Origin: an uncultured Clostridia bacterium
Lineage (GTDB): Bacteria; Bacillota; Clostridia; TANB77; CAG-508
Assembly (NCBI GenBank): GCA_944392485.1
Contig: CALXWO010000004.1
Span: 25,039 to 89,038 of the forward strand
Direction of reading: 5' to 3'
Length of the DNA stretch: 64,000 nt
This document shows positions 11,715-22,697 of the stretch, piece by piece (positions within the stretch are counted from its first letter, which is position 1; every line of letters starts with the position of its first letter). The translations under genes were made by a program, and so were the position numbers. Under the pieces are notes generated by a model, which ran no database searches, was not told the origin of the DNA, and was given only the letters and a program-made list of their open reading frames with translations.

Positions 11715-13790
11715 TTACATCATTGTTGATACAGTGTTAAATGTATCTGTCATACTAAATAGTCCTATTACTACTAAAGGTACTATTAAATATCCAACAA
11801 ATAATCCTACCATAGGTGTAAATCCTATTGCTTTTCCTATCATTCCCTTTCTTTTTATTAGTCTTTCATTTGATTCTTTTCTTTTTTCTTGGTAGTATTC
11901 TCTTTCGTTATCTAATTCATCAAATGCTTCATTTATTGGAATTTTTTCTACTGCTGATTGTAGTCCTTCTACAATACGTACCATTTGTTCGAAATTAATT
12001 TCATTTTTTAATTCTTCTAATGCTTCCCATGCTCCTGCTTCATAGTTATTTACACATCTTGTTATTGGTTCTCTAAATATATTAGAATACCTTTCTAGCC
12101 ATTCTAATATCATTTCAACATTTACTCTTTCAATTTTCATAAGCATTAGTATAATTGTTTGAAATTGCATTACTTCGTTTTCTATTTCTAGTTTTCTCAT
12201 TATTTTTTGGAACATTAGCATCCATTTTGGTGCAAAATATCCTGCTACAGCAAATACGCACGCAAGTAACCATTCAAACCATTTTAAGTACTCTTTGTTT
12301 ACAACTTTTAATTTTCCATCTATTCTTTCTGCTGCAGCTTGTATTTCTTCGTCTGTTGCGTCTTCGTAGTATTGTGATGACATGAGTTCTGCCTTTATCT
12401 GTTCAACTGTCACTTCTCTTCCTTTTAATCTATCTAAAAAGTAATTGTCTTGTGCTGTAAGATTCCTTGCTTCTTGCTCTTGGCTTTCGCTCATTGTCCC
12501 TAATATGTTATATTCTGATGTTGGATTTTCGTATATATAATCTATTGCAACATTATGTATTTGCGCAAATAATATTAATGATACAAAAAATACCGAAATA
12601 CATATAGTTATCCTATTTATATAGAATGTTTCCATTTTTTGTTTTGACGCTGCATCCTTCAAAAGATTTATATCTTTTTTGTATTCTTTTGTTCCTTTTT
12701 TAGGTATAAACAAATCAACTACTTTTTTTATTATTGGATTTTTATATGCCTTTACTTGCCAAGTATTATTTGGATCTTTGTATTCGCTTGCTGTTGACCC
12801 ATTATCTTTTAATTTTCTAGTTAAAAGATAACAAATAAAAGTTACAACTATTAAAAGTAATTGTACTATAAATCCTAATTTTCCATTATAAAAACTAGCG
12901 GTAAATGCAAAGTTTGATACTGCCCAGTTCTTTAGTGGCTCCATACATAATACTGGTACTAATGATATCACTGATAAGCTTTGAAATACATAATCTAATT
13001 TTTCTCTTTTTAGTATTTCTAATTGCATTTCTTCTGTTATGTTGTTTAAATTTTTTAAATATAATGATGCTCCATTACTATCTGTTCTGTCTCCGAATTC
13101 TTTTGTTAAATAAGAAATTCCAGCAAATTCTTTTAAGTAACTGTTTGGCGCAATATCATAATATTTCTCTAGTTCCGTTTCTGGGTCGTCTGATATCAAT
13201 ATTTCGTAAATTTTTTCTCCTTGTCTTGATATTTCTAATTGGTCATTTTGTGAAACTTCATATATTGCCTCTTCTACCATGTTATACTCGTGGTAAGCAT
13301 GTCTAATTTCAGCAAAGAATCCTATTTGTTGCTTTAATAGTTTAGTATCTAATTTGTCAACCATTCCACTCATTATTGTTTCTATTAAAAATACTTCAAA
13401 TAGTAATAAAATTGCTAATAATAACTTGTCACTATAAGTTAAAACTATTATAAATATTGTAAGTGGTACAATTATTAATATTGCATTTAGCATAATTTTT
13501 GCTGTTTGTCTTCTTGTTAAATATTCATCATCTACATTTATTATTTCAAGTCTTCTCCTAAGTTTTCTAACATATCTATTTAAGAATGGAATTTTTATAA
13601 AGTATATATATAGTTTTTGATATAAAATATCAGAAGTGAATTTCTTTTGCTTGGTTCCTTCTCTTAATTGTTGAATTCTTTTTACATCTGATCTATTTAA
13701 GGTGCTACGCATTATAAAATAAGCTATTAATATTAATACAAATAGCCCACCACTTATTCCCATAATGTAAAAAATTATTTGGTTTGACAT
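11715..13790 (-). CDS. Polytopic membrane protein of 691 aa; probable fused TadB-TadC (GspF-like platform).
   Basis: It has multiple TM clusters separated by cytoplasmic helical regions. Its size is about twice a single TadB/TadC. It lies immediately downstream of cpaF. Confidence 0.5.
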   Translation of the reverse strand: MSNQIIFYIMGISGGLFVLILIAYFIMRSTLNRSDVKRIQQLREGTKQKKFTSDILYQKLYIYFIKIPFLNRYVRKLRRRLEIINVDDEYLTRRQTAKIMLNAILIIVPLTIFIIVLTYSDKLLLAILLLFEVFLIETIMSGMVDKLDTKLLKQQIGFFAEIRHAYHEYNMVEEAIYEVSQNDQLEISRQGEKIYEILISDDPETELEKYYDIAPNSYLKEFAGISYLTKEFGDRTDSNGASLYLKNLNNITEEMQLEILKREKLDYVFQSLSVISLVPVLCMEPLKNWAVSNFAFTASFYNGKLGFIVQLLLIVVTFICYLLTRKLKDNGSTASEYKDPNNTWQVKAYKNPIIKKVVDLFIPKKGTKEYKKDINLLKDAASKQKMETFYINRITICISVFFVSLILFAQIHNVAIDYIYENPTSEYNILGTMSESQEQEARNLTAQDNYFLDRLKGREVTVEQIKAELMSSQYYEDATDEEIQAAAERIDGKLKVVNKEYLKWFEWLLACVFAVAGYFAPKWMLMFQKIMRKLEIENEVMQFQTIILMLMKIERVNVEMILEWLERYSNIFREPITRCVNNYEAGAWEALEELKNEINFEQMVRIVEGLQSAVEKIPINEAFDELDNEREYYQEKRKESNERLIKRKGMIGKAIGFTPMVGLFVGYLIVPLVVIGLFSMTDTFNTVSTMM

Positions 13791-13914
13791 GGTTTATTAC
13801 TCACCTCGGTTTGCTTTAGTAAACAGGTAAGAATTGATAGTAAATATTTTTATTTAGATTTTGTTGTTTTTAAACAAAATCTATTATTTACTATTAACTC
13901 TCCACTCTTATCTT

Positions 13915-15898
13915 TTAATTTTTTCTTGGTCTTCCTCTACGTTTTTGTTGTGCATCTGCTGAGTTTGCAGATACAGTTGCAGATACAGGTATTGCTTTTG
14001 ATTTGCTTCCCCAGTTTCTTTCTATAAATTCATCAAATGCCTCTATATCAGCTTCGTCCATATTGCTACGCATTTCTTTTAAGTTGTAATCTGATATTTT
14101 ATTTGTCATAACATATTCGTCGTTTATATATTCCATTATATTTACATATTTATATAATTCTCTATTTGTTGTTTTTGAAAAATAATTTGTTGCATTATCT
14201 ATAAATTTGTCTAATTTGCCTTCTAATGTTTTTTCTTTTCTGTGGTCATATGTATATTCATTTTTATCTTCTACTGGTATACATTCTGTAACTCTTTCAA
14301 TATAACGTCTACCTCTAAAATCTTTTACCAAGTGAACATCAAAGTTTAATACTTGTACAACTTGCTCTTCTGCTGTTTTCTCGTCTGTAAATACGCCAGT
14401 TCTTAACATTGAGTTTCTAAGTGCTGTGACTAAATTAGGAAATGTTTTAGCATGGTGAGTAAATAATGTAAATTTAGATGCTACCTGTGCTGCTTGTATC
14501 ATCCAAGATGCAACAGGGTCTGTTGCGACCTCACCTATAATATTAACACTACCATCTGTTTTCTTTTGAACATCTAATCCTTCTTGTCCAGATATTGTTT
14601 CTGTTTCTCTAAATGTTAATATGTTTCTTGTTGGATATATTTTTCTTAAGTGAAGCTCAAATGCTGTTTCTTGAACCCTTATATTCATTGTTTCATAAAT
14701 GTTTTCTATCATACCCATAAGCATAGTTGTTTTTCCGGCATCCTTGCTCACCAGTTAGTGATACAATTCTTGCACCTTTTACTAAAAACTTTAATAAATC
14801 AATAGCATTTTCTTTTCCTGGTGCTGTTATTAACTGTTCTAGTGTTGCTCTTTTTACGTCGAATTTTCTTACAAAGAATGCCCAAGTTTCTGAAAAGCTT
14901 GGTCTTACAACAACTACACGAGAGCCGTCTTTCATTTCATTTATTTTATATCCATTTGTATCTGATAATTGTCCTGGATTATTATATTTATATATATTTT
15001 GACATACTCTTTTAAGTTCGCTTTCTTTTCCAAACGAAAGAAATGCTAAGCGGATTGATTTACCTTGGAAAAATATCCAAATACTATCACATGCTCTTGG
15101 TACTTTATGTTCTGTAATTTGTTCTAAATAATCTCCATCTGTTTGGGCAACTTGGCTTAAAAAACTCTCTGGAAGTCCAGATACACCTCCAGAAACTCCA
15201 TCTATATTCATATCTCTTATTTCGTCAATACTGCTATACCCTTTATAGTGTTGGTATATTCTTTGTACTAAAACATTTAATTTGTCTTGAAAATTTAATA
15301 CTAGTGCCTCTTTTTCAAATATCTCATTTATTTCTTCTTTTGTAATTACATAACATGGTTTTGCTTCTCCTGCAATGTATTTTAGTGTTGCTAAGTTATA
15401 TTTTTTTATTATTTGTGTTAAAGCTTCATAACCAAAATCTTTTTTGTACATATATATTAAAATATCAAATTTATCTTGTGATGATAAGAGAGATGGTATA
15501 TCAAAAGGTATTGCCTGAGAAATATTTACTTCTGTTACTCCGTATTCTTTCGATAATAAATCATATATTAGTTCTTTTACGTATTTTTTATCATTTACGT
15601 CTCCATATGTACAACCTTTTAATGCTCTTTTTAATTCATATTTTTTTGCTTTTCTTCTTTTTAATTCTTCTTCTGAAAGTCCTATATCATAAAGATTAAT
15701 TTTTGTTATTTCATCTAATCTTTTTTTTACGAATTCAGTCATTTTTTCTATTGTATATGTTTTATCATCTACTTCTACATTACCTTCAGTAGGAGCATTT
15801 TTGTTTTTTTCTATAAAATATTTAATTAGTATTCCTGCAATCACTAGCACAACTAGTGTCAATATAATGTTTACAATTCCTGACATTTTTAAGAACAC
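13915..15898 (-). CDS. cpaF: CpaF/TadA-type pilus assembly secretion ATPase, with an apparent frameshift inside the P-loop near 14750.
   Basis: The two ORFs are 14693..15898 and 13915..14751. The junction reads ..SLTGEQ / DAGKTTMLMGM. Downstream motifs ETAFELHL and FTLFTHHAKTFPNLVTALRNSML match the CpaF family. Confidence 0.75.
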
Positions 15899-15903
15899 CT
15901 CTC

Positions 15904-16734
15904 TTACATTCTCATTCGTAATTCTTGCAATTTATATATTATTCTTTCAGATGCATTTTTTACCTCTTCTATAAATAATGAATTTTTGTCTTTTGCATTT
16001 ATTTTTCTAAATTTTATAAAAAAGTCTGCAACTTCTCCTTCGTTACAAGCCTCAAAGTAAAGTGTATTATATGGAATTACACATACTCTTTGTTTTTCTT
16101 TTAAGTACCTTGATATATTTTTTGCTGAATATTTTGAATTTTTATCATATCTACCTATTAAAGGTACAATTGGTTTTTCTTTAAAAATAATATTCTCTTG
16201 CTTTAAATTCATAAAATCGTTTATATTTCTCATTTTTTGTGATAAATTTGCCACTATAATATCTGAACTTTCTAACAATTGATCAACTATATTTTTTTCT
16301 AAATGACTATCTATATCTACAAAAACTAAATCATAATATCTGCTTGCAATTTTGGCAATATCTCTAAATACTGTTTTGTGAATATTGTATTCGGCAATAT
16401 CTAAATCTTCGTCCATTAAAACTTCTAGTCTATCTTTAAATACAATTCTTGTATAATTTGTAATTATTTCTGGAGATGTCTTATTACTTAAAACTGCTTT
16501 TGATAATCCTCCTAGCCCTGATGCTATATTAGTTTTTGCCATTTGACTATGTATTAGCCTAACAACTTTATCTTCTTTCCAAAAACAATCTTTATAATAA
16601 AAATCATTAAATTTTGTATCTAATATTAATATTTTATAATTGTGGTTTATTGAAAGATATGTTGTTATTGCAGCTATTGATGCTGATTTTGCTGTTTCTC
16701 CTGTTCCATTACTCCAAAATGATATTATTGCCAT
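15904..16734 (-). CDS. MinD/ParA-fold protein with a deviant Walker A; TadZ/CpaE-like.
   Basis: WSNGTGETAKSASIAAITTYLS...KILILDT shows a MinD-like architecture with a degenerate P-loop. It lies inside the Tad island. Confidence 0.45.
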   Translation of the reverse strand: MAIISFWSNGTGETAKSASIAAITTYLSINHNYKILILDTKFNDFYYKDCFWKEDKVVRLIHSQMAKTNIASGLGGLSKAVLSNKTSPEIITNYTRIVFKDRLEVLMDEDLDIAEYNIHKTVFRDIAKIASRYYDLVFVDIDSHLEKNIVDQLLESSDIIVANLSQKMRNINDFMNLKQENIIFKEKPIVPLIGRYDKNSKYSAKNISRYLKEKQRVCVIPYNTLYFEACNEGEVADFFIKFRKINAKDKNSLFIEEVKNASERIIYKLQELRMRM

Positions 16735-16748
16735 TTATTTTTATCTCC

Positions 16749-17426
16749 TTACGTATTTTTAATTATTTTTCTTATGATTCCAGATCTTGTTTCTGGAATT
16801 ATTTCTTGTGCCAACATGTATAAGCTTTCTCTATATTGTTCGCTTAAATTTTTAAATTTTATTTTTGATACTCTTTGGTTTTCTATTATTTCGCTTAAAT
16901 CTCCTTGGTCATATGGAAAATACAAAATTTCTTTATCCCATTCTATTGGAAAAGTTAGTGTTAAAAGATTTAAATATTGGTTGTTTTCTTCTAATACTTC
17001 TCTTTCAAAAAGAATTTTTTCCATTTTAATTTTTGGTCTCATATTTCCTATAATTTCAATTCCTTTTTTTAGTGAAAAGTTATCAAATGCCGTAACAAAA
17101 TATAATTTATCTGCACTTATCATATTAAATAAATCAAATTTTTCTGGTGAATCAATATCAAATAATACAATATCATATTCTCTATCGATTCCTCCTAAGT
17201 ATTTATCTATCTCTTCCAAATTTTCAAATCCAACTGCTATATCTATTTTTTCATATTCTGTAACATAAAATTTTGTTGGAGCAATTGCAGGAACAATATA
17301 TCTTGCTTTTTGTAAAATAGTAGTATCTATTACCAATACTCTTTGTCCTGTTTCTGTTAATATTTTGGCTGTATATACAATTAAATCTGTTTTATCAAAT
17401 GCTCCTATAAATCCTATTTTTTTCAA
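16749..17426 (-). CDS. Second MinD/ParA-fold protein with a deviant Walker A; TadZ/CpaE-like.
   Basis: GFIGAFDKTDLIVYTAKILTETGQRVLVIDTT has an altered P-loop, but the MinD motif LAxxGxrVLLID is conserved. Confidence 0.45.
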   Translation of the reverse strand: MKKIGFIGAFDKTDLIVYTAKILTETGQRVLVIDTTILQKARYIVPAIAPTKFYVTEYEKIDIAVGFENLEEIDKYLGGIDREYDIVLFDIDSPEKFDLFNMISADKLYFVTAFDNFSLKKGIEIIGNMRPKIKMEKILFEREVLEENNQYLNLLTLTFPIEWDKEILYFPYDQGDLSEIIENQRVSKIKFKNLSEQYRESLYMLAQEIIPETRSGIIRKIIKNT

Positions 17427-17541
17427 TTTTAATTGCCTCCTAAGCTAACGTATTCTTTTGTTGATTTGTTTTAATATTTATCGGCTACATCACTTACAAT
17501 GATTAAACCTTGCCCCTACAGTTATTAATATCTTCTACATA

Positions 17542-18438
17542 TTAATAACTTGTTAATCCTGATAAGTATGCTTCTCTTGCTGCTTTTGCATTTTCTATTT
17601 CTTCTTGTAATTTTGTTTCTAAATTTTCTTGTTGTGTTGCTGAATAACTGTTTCTTTGAGTATTTGTTAAATCTCTTATTCCTGAATTAAATCTTTGTAA
17701 CAATATTGTTCTTGCTTCATCAACAATATTAGAATTTCTTTCTATTAATGCTTTTACCTCATCTGTTGGTGTGTATGTTGCAATTGCTGCTTCTTGGTTT
17801 CCTGGTTCTATATATTGTGTTACATATAATTTTGATGCAGTCATAATATATGCTTCTACTATTGCACTTTCCATCATTACAATATCGCCTTCAGACATTT
17901 CTAATCCAATTGTATCTCCAACTATTGATTTTACTTCTTTTTTTGAAACAACTATTAAATCTTGTCCATTTGGAAGTGTAAATCTTATATCAATATAATC
18001 TCCAACTGCTAATGTTGTTGGTAAGGTAAGCATATTATATTCTACATATCTAACATCATTAGTTGTTTTACTTTGACTTGTCGTTAGCATATCACTTGTT
18101 ACTACTGTGTTTGCTTTCATTGCAACTTTAGCAACCAAATTTCCATCTGTTGTTTGTGATTGAAGGTTTGATAAAGAAGAGGCATCTACATAATTTGATG
18201 GTACCATTGATTGATATACTGTTATTTGTTTTAGCATTCCTGGTGTAATTACTCCATTAGAATCTACGTCTTGGCTTAGTACATATGCTTTAACTTCTTC
18301 TCCTCTTTCTTCATCAGCTGGTTTGTCTATTACTAAAAAATAAAATAATATAAATATCAATATACACACTATAAGTGTGATTAAAACTCCTAATAAAAAA
18401 GAATTCCTTGCTTTTTTCTGCATTGGATTTGCTACCAT
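17542..18438 (-). CDS. cpaB: CpaB/RcpC-like Flp pilus assembly protein (N-terminal TM plus SAF-like domain).
   Basis: The 298-aa protein has a single N-terminal TM helix and a periplasmic-type beta-rich region. It is the first gene of the Tad operon, with an AGGAGGAG RBS. Confidence 0.5.
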   Translation of the reverse strand: MVANPMQKKARNSFLLGVLITLIVCILIFILFYFLVIDKPADEERGEEVKAYVLSQDVDSNGVITPGMLKQITVYQSMVPSNYVDASSLSNLQSQTTDGNLVAKVAMKANTVVTSDMLTTSQSKTTNDVRYVEYNMLTLPTTLAVGDYIDIRFTLPNGQDLIVVSKKEVKSIVGDTIGLEMSEGDIVMMESAIVEAYIMTASKLYVTQYIEPGNQEAAIATYTPTDEVKALIERNSNIVDEARTILLQRFNSGIRDLTNTQRNSYSATQQENLETKLQEEIENAKAAREAYLSGLTSY

Positions 18439-18488
18439 ATTAAACTCCTCCTATAACATAGTATTTTATTATATTTTATAACAAAATC

Positions 18489-18523
18489 ACCTTAAAAACA
18501 ACATTTAAGGTGATTGTAATTTA
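18489..18523 (-). terminator. Terminator of the Cof phosphatase gene, lying ahead of the Tad operon promoter.
   Basis: aatcaccttaaa...tttaaggtgatt is a 12-bp perfect stem followed by a T-rich tract on the minus strand. Confidence 0.5.
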
Positions 18524-18555
18524 AATATAATATATTTGTAATATATTTGTAATAA

Positions 18556-19428
18556 TCAAAACGCAAATTCTTCTATCGCTTGAGCCACACCGCTTTCATC
18601 GTTAGTTGCAACAACTTTGTTTGAAATTTTTTTCATGTCTGGTGATGCATTTCCTGTTACAATTCCCATTCCTGCATTTTCTACCATTTCTTTATCGTTT
18701 ATATTGTCTCCAATTGCTAAAACTTCTTCTTTTTTTATATTTAACTTTTCTATTAATTTTTCTAATGCTGACCATTTATTAACATTTTTGTTTGTTATTT
18801 CTGTATAGTAATATGCTATTTCTATTTCTTCTGTTCCGTGTTTTATTATTTTTCTAGACATGTGTGCAACTTCTAAAACATCTATATCCCTAAGAGTTTT
18901 TAATTTATTCATTATACTTTTAAAAATTAATTCGTCACTATCACATATTGTAATCTTAAGTATATCATCTCCTTGATAGTTTTTAATATAATTATACATA
19001 TTATCTACTATATTAATTTTTATCCTTTTATCTTCTGGTTTATTTTTATTTTCGTTGTGGTAAAATAATATATTATAATTAAGTGACTTAGTTAATGCAA
19101 AATTATTTGTATATATATTATAAAACATACTGTTTTTTTCGCAAATATCAATTATTTCTAATACTTTTTTCTTGCTTAAATAATTATTGTATATTATTTC
19201 ATTTTTGTTAATGTCATAAATTTCAGCACCATTCCCAGAAATTAAATAATTTGTTGCACTTACTTCTTTAGCAATAGGTAATATTGCTTCTGGCATTCTG
19301 CCTGATGCAAGTACAACTTCTATGTTTTTTTCAATTGCTTTTTTTATTGCTTTTTTATTTTTTTCTGTAACTTCTCCATATGAATTAAGTAATGTTCCAT
19401 CCAAGTCCATTGCTATTAATTTATACAT
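18556..19428 (-). CDS. Cof-type HAD-IIB family phosphatase.
   Basis: MYKLIAMDLDGTLLNS is HAD motif I. GDNINDKEM is motif IV. The protein is 290 aa. Confidence 0.8.
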   Translation of the reverse strand: MYKLIAMDLDGTLLNSYGEVTEKNKKAIKKAIEKNIEVVLASGRMPEAILPIAKEVSATNYLISGNGAEIYDINKNEIIYNNYLSKKKVLEIIDICEKNSMFYNIYTNNFALTKSLNYNILFYHNENKNKPEDKRIKINIVDNMYNYIKNYQGDDILKITICDSDELIFKSIMNKLKTLRDIDVLEVAHMSRKIIKHGTEEIEIAYYYTEITNKNVNKWSALEKLIEKLNIKKEEVLAIGDNINDKEMVENAGMGIVTGNASPDMKKISNKVVATNDESGVAQAIEEFAF

Positions 19429-19621
19429 TTTTTGTTTTATCCTCCGTAATCATTTTTTATTATTATATACCTTTTTTATTTTTATTTTCAATAGATTTTA
19501 TTTTTAAAAAATATTTGACAAAAATTTCTAGTTTAAAATTTGCATATATGTGCATCATAACTATTGAAAAGCAAAATAATGCTTTTAAATGATTTATTTA
19601 ATATCCCGGGAGGTGAAAAGA

Positions 19622-19822
19622 ATGGCAACATCTAATTCAAACAGAAGATTAGTTCCAGAAGCTAAAGAATCTTTAGATAAATTCAAATATGAAGTAGCTT
19701 CAGAAGTTGGGGTTAACTTAAAAAATGGTTACAATGGTGATATATCAGCAAAAGATGCTGGTAGAATCGGTGGTAACATGGTTAAAAAAATGATACAACA
19801 AGCTGAAAACCAAATGAAATAA
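19622..19822 (+). CDS. Small acid-soluble spore protein, alpha/beta type.
   Basis: MATSNSNRRLVPEAKESLDKFKYEVASEVGV...GGNMVKKMIQQAE matches SASP signatures. A GGAGGTG RBS is present. The true start is at 19622, inside the longer ORF in the track. Confidence 0.8.
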   Translation: MATSNSNRRLVPEAKESLDKFKYEVASEVGVNLKNGYNGDISAKDAGRIGGNMVKKMIQQAENQMK

Positions 19823-19837
19823 CTTTTAATTCTATAT

Positions 19838-19875
19838 AAAAATCAATCGCTTTTTCTCTGCGATTGATTTTTTAT
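19838..19875. terminator. Bidirectional stem-loop terminator.
   Basis: aaaatcaatcgc tttttctct gcgattgatttttt. Confidence 0.6.
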
Positions 19876-19879
19876 ATAC

Positions 19880-20338
19880 TTATTTTTTAAAAATTGCTTT
19901 TATTTTATTAATTATTTTGTGAAATATATTTCTTTTACTGCTATAATCCATTAATTCCGTTTGTTTACTTTCAGCAATTGTTTTATCTTGGTTTTTAAAT
20001 TCTATTTCATATGATTTGTTTTCTGATTTTTTTAAATTCTCTTTATATGTTATTTCATATTTTTCTTTTTCTTCTGCTGTTCCTAAATAATTATTGTATA
20101 TAAATGATATTAGTCCAATTGTAGCTTCTGACAACTCCTGTTCTTCTAAAGGTTTGTTTAAATCTATTTTTGAATTATAGTTATCTTCTTTTAAAGTATA
20201 TATAAGCTCTAATAGTTTTTTGGGAATTTTACATAGGTCTTCTTGTTTTAAGCTTTGTAATATGTGCCATACATCTGCACAAGCTATAGAATAGTCCATA
20301 TTATCTTCCCTCACTTTCATTTTCAATAATAATGCCAC
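19880..20338 (-). CDS. Hypothetical protein of 152 aa.
   Basis: The ORF overlaps the 3' end of the PP2C gene by 38 nt, which suggests translational coupling. Confidence 0.4.
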   Translation of the reverse strand: MALLLKMKVREDNMDYSIACADVWHILQSLKQEDLCKIPKKLLELIYTLKEDNYNSKIDLNKPLEEQELSEATIGLISFIYNNYLGTAEEKEKYEITYKENLKKSENKSYEIEFKNQDKTIAESKQTELMDYSSKRNIFHKIINKIKAIFKK

Positions 20339-21567
20339 TTATATTATCTTCGCTTCCTTTTAATGTAGATGTAAAATTATTATTATCTTTTAAATACGAT
20401 GGAGGATTATTAGTTCTATGTTGTAATTTTTGTTTCTCTATTTCATATATACCATTAACTATATTTTTTAAACATTCTCTAGAATCTCTAAACGTATACA
20501 CAAAATTTGATATCTCTAAGTTAGAAAGATTATCTGCTATTCCATCACTACATAAAAATATTTTATCTCCTTTATGAAAATAGCACTCTGACATAAAATC
20601 AGTTGGTTTACTATCTAATTTTTTTCTCAATTTATTTCCGTGTTTGACCACAGCCTAAATATCCAGTTATAAGATTGTTCTTTTTATGAAATCTTACATC
20701 CCCCTCATTAAGGGTATGTTCTTGACTAGTATTTTTCCTTTGTTTATATTTTACACTTGAAGAAGAATACTGAAGCTTAGATGAAAACACATCATTAGGT
20801 CTAGAATTTTCTACATATAAACTACCTCTTCTCATCCCTTCAGAAAGCATATTGTCATCTTTTGAAAGTTGTGTTACTTTGCCATCTTTTGAAATTCTAA
20901 GTATTTTTGAATCTCCTATAGAAACAGATGTAACAACATCTTTTCCGCCTTTGTTTCTTGTAATTGCTGCAGAAAATGTTGTTCCAGGAGAATCTCCTAA
21001 ATACTCAACTATTTTATTATTTATATCAACTAAAAGTTCTTTTATTGCATCTTGCAAAGTAATATCTAATGTTTTCCCATTTTGATATTTAAGTCTAACT
21101 ACATCAGAATTATAAAATTGTTTTGGCAGGTTTTTAAACCACTTACTTGTTAGAGAAGTAGCAATAAAACTTGCTGCATCTCCATTGCCCATTCCTCCCA
21201 TACCATCTGCAACTACAGCTATTCTAAAATCTTTATTGTCTGGATGTGTTAACATTAGAATAGAATCTTCTTGAGATTTTTTAGGTTTTCCTTTTGATGT
21301 CCCAATATTTAATAATCCTGTCATTCCGTTTTCTTGAAACAATCCGTTTTTAGGCTTTGTTTGTGTTGAACTAACAGAATTTAGTTTGATTGGATTTTGT
21401 ACATCATCATATCCAAAGTCTTTAGAATAGTCCTGTAACTCACCTAACAATTTTTGTGCAGAAGCAAGTGTACTTACTGTTACTACATTATTTTGTGAAG
21501 TTGATTTTTGTGCTGTCTTTTCTAAATATTGTCTGCTTTTGTTTTGGCTTTTTATTAATTCTTGCAC
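20301..21567 (-). CDS. PP2C-family Ser/Thr protein phosphatase of about 420 aa, with an apparent frameshift near 20640.
   Basis: AVVADGMGGMGNGDAAS and the C-terminal LCSDGIADNL are PP2C metal-binding motifs. The ORFs 20632..21567 and 20301..20651 join at the frame break. Confidence 0.7.
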
Positions 21568-21586
21568 TGATGATTCAACAGCTACT

Positions 21587-21961
21587 CTACCGTACTCTAT
21601 AAGTCATTTCTTTATTATGTAAAATAATACTCACAAGCTTGTTTATATCTCCAGAAGACCCTATTATATCTTTTACATAATTATCTATTTCATTGCTAAT
21701 CTGGCTAGCATGACTTATGTGATTAAAGTATATATTAAATAATGCAGTTATAACCTCTCCTCGATTTTCCTCTGTTACAATATCTCTCATTCCTCTTGAT
21801 ATATGTGCACGCGTAAAGCCCGGTTCTTTTGTTATAAATTTGTAAAATTGATTTGAAAGTCTTTCTACTATTGCTTGTGGTTGTTCTCCTTCGTTAAATT
21901 TTATTGTGAATGAGTCTTTTATTCCTTTTTTTAATATTTGTTCATTGCTCATATTATTCAT
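21587..21961 (-). CDS. Hypothetical protein of 124 aa; possibly the N-terminal domain of the PP2C gene via a frameshift near 21590.
   Basis: The ORF ends ..KEMTYRVR. The downstream ORF is open upstream as ..LIEYGRVAVESSVQELIKS in the adjacent frame. Confidence 0.35.
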   Translation of the reverse strand: MNNMSNEQILKKGIKDSFTIKFNEGEQPQAIVERLSNQFYKFITKEPGFTRAHISRGMRDIVTEENRGEVITALFNIYFNHISHASQISNEIDNYVKDIIGSSGDINKLVSIILHNKEMTYRVR

Positions 21962-22089
21962 AACATTATCCTTTTCTTTTATTTGCTTCTAATATAACAT
22001 TAAATTTTTCTTTTTGCAATAATTTATTTTTATCAAATTTTAAAAGACAGAATCTTATACAAGATTCTGTCTTTTAAATTATATATAAA

Positions 22090-22623
22090 TTAATTTTCTG
22101 GTTCCAATAATCCATAATTTACATTGTCTTTTAATTTAAATAATACATTAACTTTATTTGTTTCTTGGTTTATAAACACTATAAATCTATCTTGTGGTTT
22201 TTCTTGTAATTTTAATTTTGCATCTTCTGGTGTTATAGGTTTTATATCATAATAAATTGTTTTTATTATTTCGTTTTCTATTTTTGCTTCTTCTTCAAAA
22301 TTTCCTGCTATAGCTTTTATTGAGTCGTCTTTATTTGCTTTGTCTTTTCTTGTTTTCCATTTTCTAATTTGCCCTTCTAATATATCTATGTCTTTATCAA
22401 TTGATGCATACATATCTTTATGTGAAGTTACCGCTCTATATGTATCTTGTTTTACTTTTACACTCATTTCTGCTATTTGCTCATTTCTTTCTGTTCTTAT
22501 TGTAACTGTTACATCAATATCTCCATCAAAATATTTTTCTACTCTTTCCATTTTCTTTTCAACATAATCTTTTATTGCTTCTGTTGCTTTAACCTCTTTA
22601 CCTGTTATTTTTATATTCATCAT
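22090..22623 (-). CDS. hpf: Ribosome hibernation promoting factor, long form.
   Basis: MMNIKITGKEVKATEAIKDYVEKKMERVEKYF matches the YfiA/HPF family. A GGAGG RBS lies 10 nt upstream of the ATG at 22623. Confidence 0.85.
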   Translation of the reverse strand: MMNIKITGKEVKATEAIKDYVEKKMERVEKYFDGDIDVTVTIRTERNEQIAEMSVKVKQDTYRAVTSHKDMYASIDKDIDILEGQIRKWKTRKDKANKDDSIKAIAGNFEEEAKIENEIIKTIYYDIKPITPEDAKLKLQEKPQDRFIVFINQETNKVNVLFKLKDNVNYGLLEPEN

Positions 22624-22697
22624 AATAACCAACTCCTCTTCTTATGTTATAATTAATTATATATTAATATTATAATTTAGGCAAGAAATATTTGTCA

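Noticed and set aside
19560-19621. Sigma-G/sigma-F promoter for the SASP gene (CATCATA -10-like element).
   Set aside because: No convincing -35 element lies at 17-18 bp spacing, so no promoter is called.
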